A DNA stretch of 59,421 nt from an uncultured bacterium. GTDB taxonomy: Bacteria > Bacteroidota > Bacteroidia > Chitinophagales > Chitinophagaceae. Each line of letters begins with the position of its first letter. Position 1 is the first letter of the stretch. This document shows positions 28,284 to 34,291 of the stretch, in pieces. The position numbers and the translations under genes are program-made. Location of the stretch: contig CBFGXP010000001.1 in the NCBI GenBank assembly GCA_965652775.1, positions 1 to 59,421 of the forward strand. The letters run 5' to 3'. The notes beneath the pieces are model-generated. The model searched no databases. It was given only the letters and a program-made list of their open reading frames with translations, and was not told the DNA's origin.

Positions 28284-29531
28284 TTATGCTTTCTCCTCCC
28301 ATATGCTGACAAGATGCACCATGGTTTCCACCGCCTTATTCATGTCCTGCACGCTGATAAACTCAAGTTTTGAATGAATAGCCTGCTCCCCTGCGAATAA
28401 GTTGGGACAGGGTAAACCCATAAAAGATAAACGACTGCCATCGGTGCCGCCGCGAATGCTTTCCATTTTTACTTTTAAGCCTGCCCGTTTAATTGCTTCT
28501 TTTGCATGATCCACAATGTCAGGATGAAGCAGCAATATTTCTTTCATATTACGGTATTGCTCGGTCACTTTGTATTCAAATGTGGCTTTAGGATAAAGAC
28601 GCATCAACTCTTCAATCTGCGTACGCAGGTAATCTTCTTTCTTCTGAAGCCCTTTTGTTTCAAAATCACGAATAATAAAATCGATCGTACATTTTTCTGC
28701 AACTCCTTCCAGCCTTACAGGGTGAATAAATCCTCGTTTACCTTCAGTAGATTCAGGTGATAAGCGATCTTTAGGGAGTGCCGCCAGAATTTCACCTGCG
28801 ATCTTCATTGCATTTATCATTTTCCCTTTTGCATAACCGGGATGCGCAATCACACCATGAATCGTTACCTGTACACCATCGGCACTGAAAGTTTCATCTT
28901 CAAGACTCCCTGCATCGCCTCCATCTAAAGTATAAGCAACGTCAGCACCTAGTTTTGTCAGATCAACCTTCTCTGTTCCTCTTCCTACCTCTTCATCTGG
29001 AGTAAATAAGATCTTTATCTCACCATGCTTTACATCTTTATTGGTCATTAAAAAATTTGCAAGATCCATGATCTCGGCAACACCCGCCTTATCATCACTT
29101 CCCAATAATGTTTTTCCCGATGCAGTGATAATGTCATTACCGATTTTTGTTTGCAGGTAAGGATAATCACTTGTTTTTAAAACCTGTGTTTCATCATCCG
29201 GCAATACAATATCCTGTCCCTGGTAGTTTTTATGAACGATCGGCTTAACGTCAGTGCCGCTGCAATCTGGCGCTGTATCCACATGCGCACAAAAACAAAT
29301 AACCGGCACTTTCTTTTCAGTAGTAGAAGGGATAGTCGCATATACATAACCCCATTCATCCATATGTGCATCTGTAAGACCGATCGCTTTTAGCTCGTCT
29401 GCCAGTATCCTGCTTAATTCTTTTTGTTTTTCTGTTGAGGGAGATGATTTTGATGAAAGATCGCTTTGTGTATCTATCCGGACGTAACGTAAAAACCTTT
29501 CTGCCGCGGTGAACTTGTAGTTTTCAAACAT
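28284..29531 (-). CDS. pepT: peptidase T (tripeptide aminopeptidase, M20B)
   Basis: FLRYVRIDTQSD, CAHVDTAPD, LGSDDKAG and FTPDEEVG motifs. I prefer the start at MFENYKF (29531) over 29576. Confidence 0.9.
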   Translation of the reverse strand: MFENYKFTAAERFLRYVRIDTQSDLSSKSSPSTEKQKELSRILADELKAIGLTDAHMDEWGYVYATIPSTTEKKVPVICFCAHVDTAPDCSGTDVKPIVHKNYQGQDIVLPDDETQVLKTSDYPYLQTKIGNDIITASGKTLLGSDDKAGVAEIMDLANFLMTNKDVKHGEIKILFTPDEEVGRGTEKVDLTKLGADVAYTLDGGDAGSLEDETFSADGVQVTIHGVIAHPGYAKGKMINAMKIAGEILAALPKDRLSPESTEGKRGFIHPVRLEGVAEKCTIDFIIRDFETKGLQKKEDYLRTQIEELMRLYPKATFEYKVTEQYRNMKEILLLHPDIVDHAKEAIKRAGLKVKMESIRGGTDGSRLSFMGLPCPNLFAGEQAIHSKLEFISVQDMNKAVETMVHLVSIWEEKA

Positions 29532-29570
29532 AGCTTTTCTTAAAATGGGAAGCGAATATACGACGAAACT

Positions 29571-29674
29571 CGTCAATGGTCAATGGTGAGTGGTGAATGG
29601 TAGTCGTGCTGGTGAATAGTGGATGGTCCATCTATTTAGCTCACATATTCACCATTGACCATTCACCATTCACG
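29571..29674. repeat. heptamer-periodic inverted-repeat element, family A
   Basis: TCAATGG TCAATGG TGAGTGG TGAATGG... faces ATTCACCATTGACCATTCACCATTCAC. There is an exact 15-bp complement (29575-29589 versus 29649-29663). Confidence 0.8.
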
Positions 29675-29715
29675 AAAGACAAACCCGAGTTACAAAAGTT
29701 GAACACTTCGCTTCG

Positions 29716-29744
29716 CTCAGTGCCGGCTGTGCGTCGCAAGGAAC
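29716..29744 (+). repeat. GTGCGWCGCAA box (copy 2)
   Basis: CTCAGTGCCGGCTGTGCGTCGCAAGGAAC matches 22 of 25 positions of 18446-18470. Confidence 0.65.
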
Positions 29745-29836
29745 GAGCAAACAGGGCTGGAAAGATGGTTAACAAGTTCACTTGCAAAACCTGGAATAAG
29801 TTTCTACCTTTTATTCATAAACCAAAATCAACTATT

Positions 29837-30388
29837 ATGAAAAAATGGTTAATCGGCTCCATAGTCGGAGCTATCCTTGTTTTTTTATGGCAATTCCTTT
29901 CATGGATGAAATTGCCTATTCACAGTGGAGAAGCAAAGTACACGCCTGCTCAAACTGAAATTTTGAACTCACTTTCGGCATCGATTAAAGAAGATGGCAT
30001 GTACATGTTGCCTACCGTTCAGCCAGGAGCTTCAATGGAAGATCATGAAAAATTAATGAAAGAAAATGATGGCAAACCTCGGGCAACTCTGATCTACAGA
30101 AGTAATTATAAAATCGATATGGTAAGGCCAATGATCCGTGGCTTCCTGGTCGATCTCGTTCTTGTATTTCTGTTAATATATATTATTACCCGTGCAGGAA
30201 CACCAACTGCAATGCGCATTTTTGCCGCTTCAATTGCACTTGGGTTATTTACATTTCTTGTGGGCCCATATACAATGCATAATTGGTTTCAAACGCCAAC
30301 TGAAGCATACACCGGACATTTAATTGATGCATTTGTTACCTGGGGGTTGGTTGGCATCTGGCTTGGATGGTGGTTGAATAGAAAATAA
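29837..30388 (+). CDS. hypothetical polytopic membrane protein
   Basis: I chose ATG 29837 (MKKWLIGSIVGAILVFLW). The upstream 240 nt of the ORF-track ORF run through a repeat element. Confidence 0.55.
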   Translation: MKKWLIGSIVGAILVFLWQFLSWMKLPIHSGEAKYTPAQTEILNSLSASIKEDGMYMLPTVQPGASMEDHEKLMKENDGKPRATLIYRSNYKIDMVRPMIRGFLVDLVLVFLLIYIITRAGTPTAMRIFAASIALGLFTFLVGPYTMHNWFQTPTEAYTGHLIDAFVTWGLVGIWLGWWLNRK

Positions 30389-30457
30389 TTGAAAGTTAAA
30401 AGTTAAAGGTTGAAAGTTTCACGTTATGCATAAACTTTCAACCTTTCATATTTCAAC
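30389..30457. repeat. heptamer-periodic inverted repeat, family B (GTTGAAAG/GTTAAAG); probable bidirectional terminator
   Basis: TTGAAAG TTAAAAG TTAAAGG TTGAAAG TTT. GGTTGAAAGTTT (30408-30419) pairs perfectly with AAACTTTCAACC (30432-30443). It lies between convergent stops at 30388 and 30465. Confidence 0.7.
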
Positions 30458-30464
30458 AAAAAAT

Positions 30465-30920
30465 TTAAGGCATTATGATCAGCGGCTTGCCACCTGTTAT
30501 TTCTACAAGTTCAAGGTCGAATGTCAAATCTTCTCCTGCCAGCGGATGGTTGGCATCGAGAACAACCACATCATCTTTTATTTCTGCAATTTTCACCTGG
30601 AACTGCTGGCCCGATGCGCTACTCATTGCCAATTGAGTACCCACCTCCAATTCTATATGTTCAGGGAATTGAGATTTTGGATATTCAATCATCATATCAG
30701 GATTCCTGGCACCATAAGCATTTTCAGCAGGAATATTAATTGTCTTTTTATCCCCCACTTTCATCCCGGTCACTCCATCATCAAATCCCTGGATCACCAT
30801 TCCGCTACCGACTTCAAATTCGAGAGGTTCACGACCTGCTGATGAATCAAATGTTTCTCCACTTGTAAGGCGACCATGGTAATGTACTTTTACTTTGTCA
30901 CCACTTTTTACTTGTTGCAT
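30465..30920 (-). CDS. FKBP-type peptidyl-prolyl cis-trans isomerase, SlyD-like (with IF insert, no His-rich tail)
   Basis: 151 aa with VKVHYHGRL..GETFDSS and ANHPLAGEDLTFDLELVEI. Confidence 0.9.
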   Translation of the reverse strand: MQQVKSGDKVKVHYHGRLTSGETFDSSAGREPLEFEVGSGMVIQGFDDGVTGMKVGDKKTINIPAENAYGARNPDMMIEYPKSQFPEHIELEVGTQLAMSSASGQQFQVKIAEIKDDVVVLDANHPLAGEDLTFDLELVEITGGKPLIIMP

Positions 30921-30930
30921 GTTTAATTTA

Positions 30931-30951
30931 CCCCCATCCCCTAAAGAGGAG
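30931..30951. repeat. solo arm related to the 32434-32457 arm
   Basis: CCCCCATCCCCTAAAGAGGAG compared with CCCCCAACCCCTAAAGGGGAG. It lies immediately upstream of the FKBP gene start. Confidence 0.5.
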
Positions 30952-31013
30952 TGAGAAACTGCTCTTTAGTTGTTTTTAAATTTTATGTAATCAGCTTTCG
31001 GATTTCTTATCAT

Positions 31014-31030
31014 CTTCTGTTGCGTCGCAC
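31014..31030 (-). repeat. GTGCGWCGCAA box (copy 3, reverse orientation)
   Basis: CTTCTGTTGCGTCGCAC. Its reverse complement GTGCGACGCAACAGAAG matches copy 1 (GTGCGTCGCAACAGAA) except at the central base. Confidence 0.55.
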
Positions 31031-31149
31031 ACTTCAAAGTCTGGTAAGTCTGTTCAGCTAAAAAGAGAAAGTCATACGAGAGTTATAACGGTTGCAAGTT
31101 AATTCAAAATGTCTAATGCAACCCTTCAAATTAATTCAGGTCTTACTGA

Positions 31150-31157
31150 TAATTTTG
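31150..31157 (+). promoter_or_regulatory. candidate -7 box TAATTTTG
   Basis: 24 nt upstream of ATG 31182 (NamZ-like). This supports the internal start. Confidence 0.35.
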
Positions 31158-31181
31158 CTGAAATTTGAAACATATAATAAT

Positions 31182-32450
31182 ATGAGATATATCCTGTTCT
31201 TTGCGTCTTTTTGTTTGAGTAGCTTTACAATTTGTTTATCTCAGGAACCTCAAACATCAAACGTCAAACCTCAAACTATAATTCCGGGTGCTGAACGTAT
31301 CAATGTTTATCTGCCGTATTTAAAAGGAAAACGGGTTGGCATTTTTGCGAACCATACCTCAATGGTCGGTAATACACATCTGGTTGATACATTAAGAAAA
31401 TTGGGCGTTAATATTAAAGTGATATTTGGACCGGAGCATGGCTTTAGAGGTACGGCAAGTGCAGGGGAAAAAATTGGAACCTATACGGACCAGAAAACCG
31501 GTATCCCGGTTGTTTCCTTGTATGGGTCGAAAAGAAAACCTACTGCTGAAGACATTAAAGACGTAGATCTATTGATCTTCGATATCCAGGATGTTGGCAC
31601 CCGCTTTTATACTTATATTTCTTCAATGCAGGAGTTTTTGGAAACTGCATTGGAAAATCATAAACCACTATTGTTATTGGACAGACCAAATCCCAATGGT
31701 CATTATGTCGACGGACCGGTATTAGATCCAAAGTTTAAAAGTTTTGTAGGCATGCAACCCATACCCATTGTCTATGGCTTAACAATGGGCGAATACGCTA
31801 TGCTGCTCCTTGGTGAGAAATGGTTGACAGAAAAAGCCAATGCGATCCATGCATATAATATTACAACAAAGCCAACGGTGGATACGCCGTTTCATTTCAT
31901 GGTAATAAAAAACCAGAACTATACTCATAAAAGCAAATATGTTTTACCCGTAAGACCTTCGCCAAACTTACCGGAGATACAAGCCATCTATCTCTATCCA
32001 ACAACTTGTTTGTTTGAAGGAACAGCCTTAAGTGAAGGTCGTGGTACTGAAAAACCATTTGTATATATCGGCCATCCGTTGTTGCCAAAAAATATGTTTT
32101 CATTTACCCCTAATCCAAATGAAGGCGCTAAGAGTTCAAAACATTATGGAAAAGTTTGCTATGGCTGGAATTTTGGAGGAACCCCCGAAGAAGTTCTCAA
32201 AAAAGTAGAAAATAAAATTCAATTGAAGTGGCTGTTTGATGCTTATAAAATTTTCCCTGGTAAAGACAGCTTCTTTCTAAAAACAAATTCATTTAATCGT
32301 CTTTCGGGTAATGATGTGTTAATGCAGCAAATAAAAGATGGCAAGAGTGAAGAAGAAATAAGAAGAAGCTGGGAACCAAAACTGAGCGAGTTCAAAGTGA
32401 TACGTAAAAAATATTTACTTTACCAGGACTTTGAAACCCCCAACCCCTAA
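31182..32450 (+). CDS. DUF1343 family protein (exo-beta-N-acetylmuramidase NamZ-like)
   Basis: I chose ATG 31182 (MRYILFFASFCLSS signal), with a TAATTTTG box 24 nt upstream. GIFANHTS and FGPEHGFRG motifs are present. Confidence 0.8.
   Translation: MRYILFFASFCLSSFTICLSQEPQTSNVKPQTIIPGAERINVYLPYLKGKRVGIFANHTSMVGNTHLVDTLRKLGVNIKVIFGPEHGFRGTASAGEKIGTYTDQKTGIPVVSLYGSKRKPTAEDIKDVDLLIFDIQDVGTRFYTYISSMQEFLETALENHKPLLLLDRPNPNGHYVDGPVLDPKFKSFVGMQPIPIVYGLTMGEYAMLLLGEKWLTEKANAIHAYNITTKPTVDTPFHFMVIKNQNYTHKSKYVLPVRPSPNLPEIQAIYLYPTTCLFEGTALSEGRGTEKPFVYIGHPLLPKNMFSFTPNPNEGAKSSKHYGKVCYGWNFGGTPEEVLKKVENKIQLKWLFDAYKIFPGKDSFFLKTNSFNRLSGNDVLMQQIKDGKSEEEIRRSWEPKLSEFKVIRKKYLLYQDFETPNP
31248..31276 (+). repeat. tandem heptamer array (NNTCAAA)x4 inside coding sequence
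   Basis: CCTCAAA CATCAAA CGTCAAA CCTCAAA C encodes PQTSNVKPQT, just after the predicted signal peptide of the NamZ-like protein. Confidence 0.6.
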
Positions 32451-32561
32451 AGGGGAGGTATACAGGACCATAGCTTATATTCAACTATCAACAATGAGCG
32501 AAGCTGAGAATACAAAAGAGAGGTCAAATCTAAGCTCCCCCTTTAGGGGGGCAGGGGGTTT
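32434..32561. repeat. G/C-rich palindromic element (CCCCTAAAGGGG type), about 128 bp
   Basis: The left arm AAACCCCCAACCCCTAAAGGGGAG (32434-32457) faces the right arm CTCCCCCTTTAGGGGGGCAGGGGGTTT (32535-32561). It spans the DUF1343 stop to the fmt start. Confidence 0.75.
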
Positions 32562-33540
32562 GCGTATTGTCTTTATGGGTACGCCTGAGTTCGCTGTTGC
32601 ATCGCTTGAAGCTTTGGTAAAAGCCAAATGCAATATTGTTGGAGTGATCACCGCTCCTGATAAACCAGCTGGCCGCGGAATGAAAATAACGGAAAGCGCT
32701 GTAAAAAAATTTGCAGTTCGGAAAAACCTAAAGGTTTTGCAACCGGAAAAATTAAAGAACCCGGAATTTCTTGAAGAACTACGTTCATTAAAAGCCGATC
32801 TGCAAATCGTTGTTGCTTTTCGCATGTTGCCCGAATCTGTTTGGAATATGCCGCCCCTTGGCACCATTAATCTTCATGGAAGCTTATTGCCGCAATATCG
32901 GGGTGCTGCCCCTATTAACTGGGCGGTGATCAACGGTGAAAAAGAAACCGGCGTCACTACTTTCAAACTAAAACATGAAATCGATACCGGCGATATTTTA
33001 ATGCAGGAAAGTTTTCCAATTGGTGAAAATGAAACTGCCGGCGATGTGCATGACAAGATGAAAGACATTGGCGCAAGGGTGTTGGTGGAAACAGTGAAAG
33101 GGCTTGCCGATGGTTCGTTAGAGGAAAGACCTCAATCGTCAATGGTGAATAATGAATCGTCAATAGAAAATTCTCAGGATTCGGGAATTCATTCACCATT
33201 GACCATTGAGCACTCACAATTGAAACATGCACCAAAAATCTTTACAGAAACATGCAATATCGATTGGAGAAAGTCGATTGAGGAAATTCATAACCTTATT
33301 CGGGGTCTCTCTCCTTTTCCGGGCGCATTTACTGAACTCGGTGATAAAACGATCAAGATATTTCGCAGTGAAAAAGAACAATTATTACCTACGTCAAAAC
33401 CGGGTCGCTGGGAATCAGATGGAAAAACATATTTAAAATTTGCTGCTAAAGATGGATACATTCTTTTTAAGGATGTACAACTGGAAGGAAAGAAAAGAAT
33501 GTTAATTGAAGATTTTCTTCGTGGCTACCGGTTTGGATGA
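32560..33540 (+). CDS. fmt: methionyl-tRNA formyltransferase
   Basis: (L/M)RIVFMGTPEFAV N-terminus, HGSLLPQYRGAAPI and HAPKIF. I prefer TTG 32560 (ATG 32575 or 32494 are possible). The ORF-track start 32431 reads through a palindromic repeat. Confidence 0.9.
   Translation: MRIVFMGTPEFAVASLEALVKAKCNIVGVITAPDKPAGRGMKITESAVKKFAVRKNLKVLQPEKLKNPEFLEELRSLKADLQIVVAFRMLPESVWNMPPLGTINLHGSLLPQYRGAAPINWAVINGEKETGVTTFKLKHEIDTGDILMQESFPIGENETAGDVHDKMKDIGARVLVETVKGLADGSLEERPQSSMVNNESSIENSQDSGIHSPLTIEHSQLKHAPKIFTETCNIDWRKSIEEIHNLIRGLSPFPGAFTELGDKTIKIFRSEKEQLLPTSKPGRWESDGKTYLKFAAKDGYILFKDVQLEGKKRMLIEDFLRGYRFG
33132..33223. repeat. family A element inserted in frame inside fmt
   Basis: TCAATCG TCAATGG TGAATAA TGAATCG TCAATAG ... 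TCACCATTGACCATT (33193-33207, an exact 15-mer shared with the other copies) ... TCACAATTGA. Confidence 0.8.
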
Positions 33541-34212
33541 TCAATCTCTCTCCTTAATTATTTTTTCGGCCACGAGGAGGTCAACAGGTGTGGTGATCTT
33601 AATGTTATTCTCCTCTCCCTGAACCAATGTCACTTTCAAACCATATGCTTCAACCACGGTTGCCTCATCAGTGAATTTTTCTTTATAATCAATTTGAAAA
33701 GCAGATAATAATATTTTACTGTGAAAGGTCTGTGGCGTTTGAACAAGCATCACTTTATTTCTGTCAATGGCATCATTTCCTTCATCATGAACAATTCGCA
33801 CACTGTCTTTACTTACAATTACAGGGATCGCTGTCCCGGTTTCTACTGCACTTGCATAGCAGCGATGAATAAGATTCTCTGTCAGTAGGCATCTCACTCC
33901 ATCGTGCACAAAAATTATTGAATCATCATCCACCAATTGTAACCCGTTTTTTACTGATTGGAATCTCGTTTCCCCACCGGCGGCGATCCTGATCTTCTCT
34001 TTGTCAAAATATGCATCGATGATCTCCTGTCCCATATCGGTATAATCAACCGGGAGCACGAGGATTATTTGTATATCAGCAAAAGCATTTAAAAAAGTTT
34101 GAAGCGAGTAATAAAGAACTGGCTTATTATTTACCAATATAAATTGTTTAGGTACTGTTCCGCCCATTCTTATTCCTGATCCAGCTGCAACGATAACTGC
34201 ATATTTCTTCAT
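33541..34212 (-). CDS. ispD: 2-C-methyl-D-erythritol 4-phosphate cytidylyltransferase
   Basis: 223 aa with the VIVAAGSGIRMGG..PKQF N-terminal motif. Confidence 0.9.
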   Translation of the reverse strand: MKKYAVIVAAGSGIRMGGTVPKQFILVNNKPVLYYSLQTFLNAFADIQIILVLPVDYTDMGQEIIDAYFDKEKIRIAAGGETRFQSVKNGLQLVDDDSIIFVHDGVRCLLTENLIHRCYASAVETGTAIPVIVSKDSVRIVHDEGNDAIDRNKVMLVQTPQTFHSKILLSAFQIDYKEKFTDEATVVEAYGLKVTLVQGEENNIKITTPVDLLVAEKIIKERD

Positions 34213-34243
34213 GCTGCAAATAACTGTGATTTACGTGAAATAA

Positions 34244-34271
34244 AAAATCCCGAAAAATGCACCGGGATTTT
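34244..34271 (-). terminator. rho-independent terminator after the giant surface-protein gene
   Basis: AAAATCCCG (34244-34252) pairs with CGGGATTTT (34263-34271). A-runs and T-runs lie on both sides. Confidence 0.75.
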
Positions 34272-34291
34272 TATCAGAGGGTTGTATGATT

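Noticed and set aside
29597-29836. An 80-aa N-terminal extension of the membrane-protein ORF (..IFTIDHSPFTKDK..RSVPAVRRKERANRAGK..)
   Set aside because: The extension is a read-through of the family A palindrome and the GTGCGTCGCAA box. A conventional hydrophobic N-terminus starts at ATG 29837.
31092-31181. Upstream part of ORF 31092..32450
   Set aside because: A TAATTTTG promoter box lies inside it (31150-31157), and the signal peptide begins at ATG 31182.
32431-32559. A 43-aa extension at the N-terminus of fmt
   Set aside because: It translates the G/C-rich palindromic element and overlaps the upstream gene's stop. Canonical Fmt begins at xRIVFMGTPEFAV, which here starts at TTG 32560.
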